A stretch of DNA of 64,000 bases from Bugula neritina. Taxonomy: Eukaryota; Animalia; Bryozoa. How positions within the stretch are numbered: the stretch's first letter is position 1; every line of letters starts with the position of its first letter. The position numbers and the translations under genes were made by a program. This document shows, one piece after another, positions 28,683-63,099 of the stretch. Under the pieces are notes generated by a model that had not been told where the DNA came from, did no database searches, and saw only the letters and a program-made list of their open reading frames with translations. The stretch covers positions 7,202,698 to 7,266,697 of the forward strand of contig OZ037765.1 of assembly GCA_964035545.1 (NCBI GenBank), read 5' to 3'.

Positions 28683-30253
28683 TAAATTATTGACGTTTGT
28701 TTTGAAACGTGCACATAAAATAGTTTTGAGAGATTTTTTATTCAACTTTCCAATAATAATTTTGTTTCAACATAAGCAATGGTTCACGGGCAATTATTAA
28801 TTGAAAGTGATGATATATCAGCCATTTAGTCATGCGTATATACACGTCATGCACATTTTTGCTAGCTCCGGATGATTTTGATAAATGAATTAACCCAGTA
28901 TGGCCGCTATTCATACTGTGAGAGCTTGATATGCTCACTGGAACAAGCAGCTTAATGAGTTGATAAGGGTGCATGCATTACCAACACATTACTCAGAAAG
29001 AAGTTGCTGTTTGTAACCATGGTAACCATGGTGCTCGTAATCATCAAACACGGCCAAGCATAAGGAATATCCTTTTCAGAAAATGGATTTATGTTTTACG
29101 ATAAGAGGCTAGAACTAGTGTCAAGTACAACATAGTATTTTAGAAAATTATTTTTCAGCGTTTTGCTTTATGGAACTGCATAGCATGAAAATCAGAATCT
29201 AACAATCCTTACATTTTAGAGTATATTGTAAAATAAACAAACACTTTGCAACTAGTTCTTTAACAGCTCACCTCTCCAAATACATAAAATTTGAAATAAA
29301 ACTCATCATTGAGAGACTGTCAAAGTGATTGAAACTTACCAATACCTATAAAATATGAGAGCAAAAAAGTGGAAAGTTTATACAGTCTTTAAAAAACTTT
29401 GGTAATTGGTAAAGTCATCTCGATCCCAGGACTCTTTTGAACTCAACAACTTATATATTGTAAAGCAGGTAATGCAAAAGTTTACCAACCTGAAAAGGTA
29501 AAATAAAATATGAAAAAAATTTGAGCTAGAAAGCAGCAGTAGTTGGCTATAAATATATTTAATGACAACATTCATCTTACACAGACCGGCTTATTCATCA
29601 AAGAAGCTGCATTATTGTCCATATAATATAAATTTAGTATGTCTATCCTGATAGCTGATGGTGCCCCTTAGTATGGAGTTATGTGCACAAATATAATGTA
29701 GTGATGCTAATATGAAATCTTAGTATGCTTAGTGACCGAACAGACCATAACTGAATATTCTTCTGTGCTTCATTAGGTTAACTTATTCACTAGAAGTATA
29801 GAACGTATTCATAAGAAAATGGTGACAAATATTACTAGTAGATGCCACAATAAAAAAATTTATGTGAATAATGTATTTTTTTCAAATATTTTGTGATAAC
29901 TTACAGCAAATATTTAGAACTAAAACATTTCAATATGGTTGGTGTGCAGACTGTGAAGGATAAGAATACAAATTTTGTAGTTTTCCATTACAAGTATATT
30001 TCATGTCAAAATAGTTTCAAATAACATTATCTACAGTTTTCAAAATTATTTTTTGTAACAAAAAATTCACAAATAATAAGTCATTCTAAACCCTATCCCT
30101 TGGCCTATAATTTACATATAAACATATACATAAGATTTATATAACCAGACGCAGTTGTCTCCTTTTTTATACACGAGCACATAACTCAGAGTGTTATACT
30201 ATGAATGTCAAGTTTTTTGAGTTATAATTAGATACTTGGCATAACAATTTTTG

Positions 30254-47596
<17,343 letters not shown>

Positions 47597-48399
47597 ATGC
47601 TAGAAAAACAATAAAATATAGTTACATTAACTTTATAATTACATGCAACTGTGACAAGAAATCACACTTTACTGGCTAAAAGACAGGCAATCAAAATTTT
47701 TAAATATGCCAACACGAAAAATTGAATAGATTGAAGCTTTATATTGGGATGGATGTTTTTCTAGAATTGGATTGGTAAAAATGTTAATAGAACTATTAGA
47801 TGATTAATGACGCCTCACGTGTATTTGTAAGCCTTAAAAAAATGATAAAAATTAGCATGTTATCATTTGCTAATTTTGGGCATCTGTTATTATTGTGATA
47901 AAAAGGTATGTCACCATTACTACGGTCACAGAACAACTTTTCAACATTATCATTACATTTTTTGGAGATGGCAATCATATTATAGTCACAGGAAATTAAA
48001 GGATTCCATCACTGGGCCACATTAAATGCTTAGCTTATTTACATTTCCATCTATCAAAAGTTCTACGAGAAAAAACAGAAAATCCCTTTAAATTTGGAGT
48101 TGCAGTCAGTATAATTTCCTGGCTAACATTATAGTTTACAGCTATTGACATAATTCAGTTATAAGATAATTCAGTAAAGACAAGCTTTATAGCCCATGGT
48201 TGCCATTGATGCCTATCGAATTTAGTATGAGTATCCTTTATTGTCTTAGATTAAAAAAGTTTTACACACTTTAGAAGTTGACAAGAACAGACCCTAACAT
48301 TAATTACATTTTTGTTATTAACTTGGAGACATATTCAAATAGTAACTACCCTCTGCTGCCCCTGAGTATGATTTTATTTTCTGTAGACAGTGGTAGTGT

Positions 48400-49440
48400 A
48401 GAGCCTCTAGACTCTAGGACTAGAAACAGACTCAGAGTGAGTTTAGACACCAGAAACTTACAACTACTACTAGTACGAGTACTACCAGTAATACTAACTT
48501 TAAGTGTATTGGTAAGTGGTAACACAAGTTTTCAAGATTAGCATAAGACTGATAATCATACTTGAATAAAAATGTAAAACTAATTTTTTTAAATAAAAAT
48601 TATGACTTATTAGTATAAGTATAAGTATTACTATTAGTATTAGTAATTTAGTAATACTAAATCTAATCTAATAGCAATACTAAAAGTAAAAGTGAAAAGT
48701 AAAAGTAATACTAATACTATTACTATTAGTAATAGTAACACTGATAGTTGCACTAATACTAATAGTAATACTAATAGTCATACTTATAGTAATGGAGTTA
48801 TACTTATACTTATAGTTATAGTTAGTAACTAGTGTAAGTGTAAGTAACCAAGTTACTTACACTTACGGTGATACTAATTGTAATACTATAACTATCACTA
48901 CTATAAGTATAACTATTACTATGTAATATTATTATTAGTACTATTTCTGTTACTGTTAGTATTACTATTAGTTTTAGTTTTACTACTAGTATAAGTTCTA
49001 CTACTAGTAGTAGTACTACTAGTATATCACTATATGTATAGTGATAGTCATAGTGTATTGGCATTGCTAATTCTAATTGATATTACTATAACTATAAGTA
49101 TAACTATTAGTATTACTGAGTACTAGTAATAGTTGGTATATTAAATTTAGTAATACTAATGTCATGAGTAATGCAGTAATGCTCAAATAGTTTAACTAAT
49201 ACTTATAGTTATACTAATAGTAATAGTAATACTATTAGTATTACTATTAGTATTACTATTAGTATTATTATTAATATAACTATAAGTATAAGTATAACTA
49301 CAAGTACAAGATTAAGTATAACATCAACTGTATAACTATAAGTATTAGTATAGCCATAGGATTATGATTATCATTAATTGTAACTTCAAGACAAAGTGAA
49401 AGTGAAAGAGTTACTGTTAGTGTTAGAGTTAGAGTAAGTA
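48400..49440. repeat. AT-rich cryptic simple sequence between the ERCC3 5' end and the dsRBD gene
   Basis: Degenerate tattag/tatagt/actaat periodic tract. Confidence 0.7.
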
Positions 49441-50775
49441 CGAATACGGAATAGGGGTTTAGCGTTTGGACTCCGAAAAAAAGGGTTTAGACAGTAATAA
49501 ATTATTTAATGAGATTTATAATATAACAATAGTATTTAATATTATATCTCAATCTATTTTGATAAGTATTGGCATTTGCCTTCGGTGACTTTGACATAAC
49601 CACGCTGGATTTAGGCATTTCAGAAAGCGAGGTTGTATAACTTCTAAGTGAATAATTATACTGGACATGTATAGTTTCAGTATAAAGATAGAATCAAAGG
49701 GTTAAAGGTCATGTATCCCGTATATCGCTCTGCCTATACAGCATGCCGTTATTTCACAACTTTATTATTATTATAATAATTATTTCCCGTCAAACAAAGA
49801 GGAAATAACTTGAATTCAAGTCATAATATTCTAGTCCGAGGTAAGGTACTCTACCGAGATTTCGATTGCAGGTTAATTATTACATGATCATCATATATGA
49901 TGAAACTATCCCTTTCAGTTTTTGTTTCTGAAAAGAAAGCACATTTGGGGTTTGTGATTAAATGCCCAGTCGGGCAATTTTAAATCATAAATGTAAAGTT
50001 AAACATTATATTATTAATTATAAAAGTTGTAATTATGCCTTCTATTTAGTCTATAACAGCTAGTTCTACGTGTGCTTCACATTTTTGCAATTGTCACCAG
50101 CGTGTGTTTTTTCTGATGAAGATAAAAAGCTAGAGATCACACCCCTATATTCTTGAAATTCCTTGTGCTTGTGAATGGCTACGGTAAGTTCAAGATCGAC
50201 TTTTACTCCTACTAGTAATATTTTAGTATTTGCTTTTAGAATTGGTACTTAACTATGCGTATAATGTCGAAAATTAGATTTTTAGCGCTTATTCAGCTAG
50301 GCCTAGTGTTAATGTTTATCATTATGTTATGCATATTCATATCGATTATCGGTATTGAATTTTCATTTTGTGTTCAGACTTCAGAGAGTGAGACTGAGAG
50401 TAGTGTTAATTAATATTAATATTATGATTATATTTTTTGATTTATCAATCACAATGACAATCACAATGATTTCATGTTATTCATTATAATAGTGATTATG
50501 ATAATTATTAATGATTATCATAAACTGATAAACAGTTTGAGTTTATAATGTAATGGCTGGTGGAAGTGTAACTACGGTGCACATTCAGTTTCACAGGTCC
50601 CCGTATTAGGATGTGGAGGCACGATAGACTATAGGAGTCTCCAATCACGTTGAGGCACGTGATTACCCCCCCCCCCCCCCAACTAAGCAGATAGCTCTCG
50701 GACAGTTAGTTAGGAAATGTAGTTGATAGCACAAGGACCACGTTTGTACAGTATTACCCTTTTTCCCTACATTAA

Positions 50776-51216
50776 GTGTAGGGCCACACGACGCGTTTTA
50801 CAATGAGCGTGAAGTGCAAGAAATCCCATTTAGCCCAAAAATTGGACATTGCGTGCGGATTTTCAAGCGTCTAACATGCTGAGCGAGAAGTGCTAGACGC
50901 TTGTGCGACACAGTTTGATCTAATTGGCTTATTACCATGTAGTATTTAGCTAGCACATTTTTTATTTTAATTTATGATTCAACTTCTAGCGAGCTGAATT
51001 AAAACAGTTTTATATAGTTTGCGTTTCCGCTTTTATAATAGCCAAATCCGATGACGTAGTTTAAAAACAAACGTCTGTAGGCGAGCTGTAAAGTTTAACG
51101 CTAACATCATTGGCTAATAAATTTTTGCACTAGTAACACATGCAATGTGTGTGGCAGGTCACTAGCGTGTATTCTAATGGGATTTCTCGCACGTCACGCA
51201 TCGTGTGGCCCTACAC
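50776..51216. mobile_element. PIF/Harbinger-like MITE
   Basis: TIRs gtgtagggccacacgacgcg / cgcatcgtgtggccctacac with a perfect TAA TSD (50773-50775, 51217-51219); internal subterminal IR agaaatcccatt / aatgggatttct. Confidence 0.85.
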
Positions 51217-51464
51217 TAAGCCAGATTAACTAGATGTCATCTGTTTATATATTTGTACGAAATATACTTACTCTTCTTCACGGTAAAAGCTTGCATAGTT
51301 TCTACTAAGTTACGCAATTGGACTGATACAATAATTGCACACATTAGAATCCACCTCAATATAATAATCCTGGAAATTATTACAATAATGAAGTGATAAT
51401 GATTATGCTGTAAATTATTATCAAAAGTAAAATTGTGGCTTGTAATGCTGCCCAAGACTTTCAA

Positions 51465-51905
51465 AAATACACCTTGAATGGTTTTAAGCTCTAACGCGTA
51501 AATAGTACCAAATACCTCGCAGTGCTAATTAAGTCTGATTGTAAGTTTGATATACATATTCATGAGAAAGTTCCAAAAGCAAATAGACAACTTGGAGTGA
51601 TTAGAAGAGCACTATACTCTGTGCCACAGCATGCTTATTGGCTCGCATAATAAACTCTCTGTTTACCACATCTTGTGCTGTCTGGGACCCAGTTTGTAAA
51701 AGCGACATTGCCAGCTTGTAAAGTGTTTAGTTAGATGCTGTTGTTTGCTTCATATGCAGCTTAAAAGGGCGGACAAATTTAAATTTGTCTATGGAAAAGC
51801 TTGGAATAATACCGCTAACACCCAGAAAAAGAAATAAACGCGTCTGTTTGCTTCTCTAGATTTTAGCCGAAGAGAAATACCACCCAGCACTCGTCAAATC
51901 ATATT
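51465..51905 (+). mobile_element. Decayed non-LTR retrotransposon (CR1/L2-like) ORF2 C-terminal fragment
   Basis: Hand translation: KYTLNG..L*RV..KYLAVLIKSD.KFD.HI..KV.KANRQLGVIRRAL...LA**TLCLPHL / AVWDP, the usual post-RT signature, with stops and a frameshift. Confidence 0.8.
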
Positions 51906-53332
51906 GTTATACTTTTCAGATTTTAGTGTGGGTATTCATGTATAATCCAATTAGCGCATTGAAGACAATTAAATAATCAACTCCACAGGTTTATTGCATG
52001 AGAGTAAGAAGTAAATATATTTATACCACAAGATACAATAATAAGAAAACTTTTCATGAGTCCAGAAGGTCACACAATTATCTACACAAGTCTTTACTGT
52101 TCATCCAACCGGTGCTTTCTGACGCGGGAGGATCCTTCCCCTCGTTATCACAGGCTGGCCTTCATCCTGATGGGAGAATTAGGGAATAGTCAACATCACC
52201 AGCCACGTGGTCCCCGTATAGCAAACGGGGGGGGGGAATATAGAGGAACGCCATGACCAGTCTCCAGCCGCGATATGCGTTAGCAGGAAAAGGAGGAAAG
52301 GAACAAGTCCCTCCCTCCGCTTCGGAAGTCCATGAGCCATTACAATATGATCACCTGGTTAAACAAGCATCGTCAACAGTTCATACTAGGTCTCAGGCTT
52401 AAAGAATGTCGAGATCAATCAGTGCCAACCAAAATAAATATTGCAATAGTTTACTACCACAGACAATTAGAAATTTGAACATTGAATCAACTACGGCAAC
52501 TACAGCGCAGTCCCATACTGCACTCTTGCCACAGACAGGCTAAGCAGGCCTGTTTTGCATCCATTGTACATTATTTTTAAATATATCTTTACTGACCACA
52601 AGTACAAACATATAACCCATGATTGAAAATGAGGCACACCCCTTCTACCCAACAGGGTGATTTAGTGGGAAGTAAATTCGACAGGTATATATTATATATA
52701 AAGAAAGGAAATATGAATATTATTAAAAATAAATCGTTACTTTTCTTTTGATGATCACGATGTTCCAGATCTAAGCACATAATGAAAATTCTAATAGGCA
52801 TAGCTGGATAATTAGCGTAACTATAATTATTATAACTGCTAAAAATACTTGCTCTTCATTTTAAGCTACTACTTTATAATTAGGTAATACTTATACTAAT
52901 TTCCAAATCACTTTAATCAAGTGATGCTGTTGGTGTTGTTCCTGCAGCAGTCATTCTGAAAGTAATTATGCACATATAGCATACTAGTTTTGTTTTTCTT
53001 TAATATTAAGGGAGATAAAGACTGGTTGATATAAAAGTATAATATTATTCATTTTTGTTACTATAAATATATTATGGTAGTAATTATAATTGAGATACTA
53101 GTAGCAATATGAATATTTTAACAATATATACATAATAATAATACATCTCCATGATCACCATTCTCATCATAATGATTATAATTATGTTCAAAAAAGCCAT
53201 AGATTAAATAGACGTATTCAACATGAAAAAAATTAAATGCTATTCAGTAACAGCATTATCAATTTATTGATATCAATTAAAGTTTTATATAAATCAGTCC
53301 TTGCTTCTCTTAGTATATATATATATATATAT

Positions 53333-53541
53333 GGTCACAAACTCAAGCTGCTAGCATTTTGCAATGCTCGTGACTCCTAGGTGACCCCTAGAGTCACTTG
53401 AGCACTCTGGCTTGAGTTTACACACCTTTTAAATATGCTTTAGTAAAACTATAAGTTTTACAATTGCGAAGGTGTGGGCCATGGTACTCTGTTCTGTGCT
53501 GATGAGGGGACAAATCCCGAAACAGCTGCTGTCCACAGATT

Positions 53542-53544
<3 letters not shown>
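53333..53544 (+). mobile_element. Retrozyme-like structured element (~212 nt) flanked on both sides by (TA)n
   Basis: Several long stems plus a 3'-terminal hammerhead; GC-richer than its surroundings; (TA)n at 53314-53332 and 53545-53602. Confidence 0.65.
53487..53544 (+). ncRNA. Type I hammerhead ribozyme
   Basis: Stem I tctgtg (53493-98) / cacaga (53534-39); core CTGATGA (53499-505); stem II gggg-acaaa-tccc; GAAA (53519-22); stem III acag-ctg-ctgt; cleavage triplet GTC (53531-33). Confidence 0.88.
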
Positions 53545-53605
<61 letters not shown>

Positions 53606-53949
53606 GTAAACAAATCTAATATAATTATTTTTCAAATATTTTAACTTGATTGTAGATTTGATTTAAGTAATTTGGGAATTGCTCAAATTTAAACTAGCAA
53701 AATTTACAGCTTGTAAAATAAAATAGAATAATGGTATATTGGTGTGATTACCAGATTCGATTTTATTGAAAACTTGCATTGGATGCCGTGAAACATGTAA
53801 ATTTTGAATCTCTTCTGGACGCTGGTGCATAAGCTAAAAATTTTAGTTTATTAATATGGACTAAATTATGGAAGAATGTGTGTTATGTAAAAAGCATTGC
53901 CCATATATGTATTTCGCAAATATGTTGAATTGTTGATACAGATATCACC

Positions 53950-56900
53950 ATGACTGACCTAGAGCAACTACTGAATGGCAAAACTCCAGTGAGTGTCTTG
54001 CAGGAGTACTGTTCAAAACATAAACTAACAGCCACTTACGATGTGCTTGCAAATGAGGGTCCAGTACATGAACCGGTTTTTGTGATGAGAGCGCAAGCAG
54101 GAGATTTTCAAGGTGAATGTTTATCTCAGCTAATTAGCTATTCTCTGGTACAGGGCTGTCCAATAAGAATCTCCAGGCCCTCAGCCTACATTTATATGAC
54201 CTTCAAAGGCATAAAAATAAAATTATTTTGCATACATATATGAATTAGAGTTGAAAAACCACCTTTTTAATGCCTTATAAATTTATATACACGAACAAAA
54301 CATACAGCCTGCAATAGTTATTGGGATTTCATTGTGTAATGATACATGGACACTTCTTCGCTTAGTACTACATACAAATATATCAACAACATAAATTTGC
54401 ATTTTTATTATATTTAGTCTTTTGTTTGCTCAAAATATCATTAGCTACCCTTGTTTCAGTATTATTTTGTAAACCATTTTGTTGAAAGATGAAATTAAAG
54501 TAGTGTAATTGTTTTTTAGGAACAGGGAAGGGATCAAGTAAGAAAAAGGCTAAGCACAATGCCGCCTCCCAGTTACTGTGTGCTATGCATGGTATCAAAT
54601 GTGAGTTAGAAGATGAAGGGACATCATTTAGTGTATCTAATGTACCCAGCGAGTCCAGGAATAACTATGCAATCACTGAGTAAGTTGTGTGTGTATGCCA
54701 CACTCTGTTATTTCATAGTTGAAGATATTGCTTCTTTTTTTGCTCTTGAGATATTATGCAACTGTTGTTGTCAGTGGCTTTAGATTTTTTAAACTTGTTT
54801 GGCTTATTGTTATATCATTGCTAGTAAACTCATGTTTCAACATAGCCTATATGCTTTGCAATATTGTTTATTCCATAAACTTATATGGTTCATTGCAAAA
54901 GCATTTATATTCGGTGAAATTAATTTAAAAAAAGCATCTGTTTACTTATAAACAAAGAAATAAGCAACATAAATATTGAAGTTGGATAAGTCATTAAAGG
55001 CGATTTAGTCATTCAATTTTTCTATGTAAAGCATATTCAGATCACATCATGTTTTGTGTATTGAGTCTATATTGTGTGTGTAGCACCAAACTGAATGCTA
55101 GTGTGATTGACGGGGACATGCAGGGTAATCCTATTGGTGAACTTCAGGAGTATACACAAAAGAACTTGCTACGGCCTCCACAATATCAGTTTATCGGGGA
55201 ACAAGGACCGCCCCATGCTAGAGAGTTTGTCTGCACCGTAAAATTGGCTAAACTACAAGAAACTGGTAATTATTTAAAGTTCCGTCATGTGATCAGAATT
55301 GTCAGTAGTTAGCTGGAATTGGTTATGGTATGAAACTCTATATTTTTGACATAATATTTAGGTTTTTACGTTGTCTATGTGCTAATTTACAGCAGTGGGA
55401 AAGTCTAAGAAAATAGCTAAAAGAGCAGCAGCTAGCAAACTGCTGCAGTCTGTCAGACAACTACAAAATGATAATACTGGGACAGCTATGTTAGATGAAG
55501 AAGAAGAGGAATTGTCACTGGTTAGTGAGTAGCAGTAAATAACAAGAACAATATTCATGTAGGTCCATAGTTCAGTTGAAAAAAGTTAATCTGTTGTTGT
55601 TGCTGGTTGATTTACATGGTTTTATGTTATGTTAGAATTTAAATGAAAGAATAAATAAAATATATTGCATTATTGTTTTACTTTTTGCTTTTAGAGTCAT
55701 TTGTATGGTCATTGTTAATACAATATTGGTTGTATTTCACGAAAGTTATTATTTTGTAGCCATTAGAATTACAACAAATAGGAATTCGAACTAAAAATAT
55801 TAAAACTTTGACAGCAGAAGATGCTAAGAGAGCGCAGGAGTTTTATGATAGGTTAAAGTTCAGCAGTAAAGGCATGTATATGTTTATTTAACACCAGCTG
55901 GTGCTGTGCTGTAACTTGAATTATTCAATTACTGCATAGGATACACTTTACTGTGTATTACTAACTTGTGTTGTAACCAGTTATTCTATAAACATGCTTT
56001 TCTTTACCATTTTACAGCTCCGGGGAGTTGTAGAAGTTTACAAGGTCTTAACTCGGACAACATCAATTCAGTCAAGTTGTTGGCTGAATTCGCAAAAGAA
56101 AAAAAATTTATGGTGAACTATTTTGAGATTAAAGAAAAGTCCTACTCAGGTAAATGAAGTACACAAGAAGGATGCAGTACGTCTTTAAGAAATTGTAATT
56201 AATTGGCTACCGGTGAATATCAAACCTACTGGGGGGTTATAAATGTAAAATTCAACTTCAGGTTTCAAGAAAATTATTCATTAAAACGTTCTTAAATGTT
56301 CCTTCATAGCTCCTTGGTCTTAGAAAACTTGGCTACTGTTTGACTAGATTATATCACTAGGTTTAAGGATATATTGCAGAGTCTTATTTTAAATGTGCTT
56401 TGAATTTTTTACGCTGTAGGAGTTTGTTGATTACGAGAACTTATAGTTATAAGCTATTTGCTAAGCTTATTCCTTTGCAAATGTGTTGTTTTACTAAATA
56501 TTATCTCTTGTTACAGTCACTAAGCAGATTGGTTTCTAAGTCATGGATTTTGAAACTTGGAGTTTTTCACTTGTCATTTCAAAACGCCTGAGCTATTCTC
56601 AATAAGCAGAGTTTTTTACGACTTCAACCCTTGGGTGATGCAATCATATACAGCCAATTGATGCACTCCAGCAATCACTCATTTTAAATAAGTTTGTGAA
56701 AGATGAGTGCTGCCATTAGATCATTCAAAATTTATTTTAAATTCAGTAAACATATTTATAACTTGTGTTTGTCTTTGCTTGTAAAGAAACAACTGTTTTT
56801 ATTTATTGCTGGAATTATTCACACTGCATGCCAGGAAATCTATAATGTAGGTAGTGCTGTATATGGTTTGGTCATGGTATTTTGTTAGTCCAACATCATG

Positions 56901-57060
56901 AGTGTACTATCATATTTTAGGTCAATACCAGTGCCTTGTACAAATTGCAACCAGTCCAATCGCTGTGTGTTACGGCTCGGGAATGAGTCCTGAAGATGCC
57001 AAGAGCAGTGCTGCCCAAAATGCCCTACAATATTTAAAAGTTATGACGACAGAAACTTAA
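53950..57060 (+). CDS. Three-dsRBD protein of the PRKRA(PACT)/TARBP2/loquacious family. Exons: 53950-54112, 54520-54679, 55084-55265, 55393-55520, 55760-~55871, 56018-56149, 56921-57060
   Basis: dsRBD1 [31 protein letters not shown]; dsRBD2 [28 protein letters not shown]; type-B dsRBD3 [21 protein letters not shown]...[12 protein letters not shown]. An upstream exon is possible. Confidence 0.92.
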
Positions 57061-58034
57061 TTTTTTTCAAGTTTGGCATTTTTTGAAAATTGTTATGGTG
57101 ACTATCATGAAGTATTATTAGTTTGTTTTTACAAATTTATACACAATTGTTTTTTCCACCAGTTGATGTTATTAAACTATAAACAGCTTTTCATTTTTAT
57201 AACTTTTAGGGCAAGAGTAAAAATGGATCCAACAATCTCACTTTAAAAATCCTAATCTAAATTCTATATATTGTCTCAATACATGAACATTTGACAAAAC
57301 TCACTTTGTACATCTTTACTCCGAAAAGACATGCTGATTATAATTTGACAAAGAAAACTTGTGCATTTGAAATTATTTCAATAAAAAGCAATCTCGAAGT
57401 TTCATCAACAAAATTTGTGACCTTATTTTTGTCATTATTTCATTTGATTATGAATGATGGTAACAAAATATCGGGAATATTCTATCTACCAACTATTGTT
57501 ATATTGTAACTTTGTTGTCATGCAGTCAAATGTATATTTCCAGATCCTGTTCAAGCTGCTATTAAATGGAGAAATGTATAAGAATGAGGCTTTTAGTAAT
57601 CATTTTTTGTCTAAATATTATATTTATAATAACTTTTGCAGTCAGAATTTTTCCTTTTAAGATTACAAACAGCAAGATTCATGTAACAAACTTGTTTTCA
57701 GTCAAGTTATGTGATCGTTTTATTTTAAAATATTACATTTTGAAAGTTTCTTTCTATTTAAAAACTCAACTATGTTTGTGGTGAACTAAGACATTAAGAA
57801 ACTTGGCAGGTTAAATTAAATTTAATCACGGTGAAATTAATTCCCTTTTGTGTTATAAGTTGAAAAATTTCAAATTTGTTTTAAACTATCCAATAGAAAT
57901 TGCAATTGGCACACTTGATAAAACTATGGTAATATGAAATTATTGCATTAATTATGTTAAATAAAGGGTTTCGCTAAAAAAAACTAGTTCATTAAAAAAT
58001 ATACAGTATATATACACACATTAACAACAATAAA

Positions 58035-62475
<4,441 letters not shown>

Positions 62476-63099
62476 TGAATTTGATGAGCTTAACTTTAAA
62501 TTTAATTTTCAACATGAAATTTAAATTAAAATAGCTTATGCGGATTTACTCATTTAGGTTAAAACGGCTAGTATTATTGAATATTGTTCAATTCAAGTAA
62601 AATAATTAACTTAAACAATTATTATAAATAAATATCTACAATTATCAATTTAAAATTTAGTCGATACGGATAATTAGATTTAAATGGTCACAGCCATCAT
62701 TATCATTTACATTATGATTATAACTTGAAGAAAAACTTCCATCATTGATTTGTTTTAATTTTAGCTGGTAACCAGGCATTTCTACCTTACATAGAAAAGA
62801 GCACGCTATAAGGTCATTAAAATATCCTTGACCGAACCTTCATACGCCTTCCACTTCCGCTTATTATTTTAGTCTAAAAGTCAATGTTACAGTAAAACAT
62901 GTTTAGTTTTGTACTTATAGTTAAACATCATCAAGGGCAAGTGAGAATTTTCGAACGTCGAAGTAAAAGCAAGAACACATAATTCATAAAAAATGATAAA
63001 TAATCATTTTGCTTACCTAGTCTTGTGATTAACTTAGAATTTTAGCTAAGCTTAAGTCAAAATCAAATTGACTGAACAATTTGAATTATAGTAATAATA

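Noticed and set aside
52105-52335. GC-richer island with a poly-G run and ggtccccgtat shared with ~50597
   Set aside because: Probably a repeat fragment, but I found no ORF, TIR pair, TSD or RNA motif to support a call.
54151-54360. Possible hAT MITE starting cagggctgtccaa
   Set aside because: The right TIR is too degenerate and no TSD was found.
55865-55880. Possible GC-AG intron in the dsRBD gene (aaag|gcatgt)
   Set aside because: A same-phase GT donor (agca|gtaaag) lies 6 nt upstream; this cannot be decided without reads.
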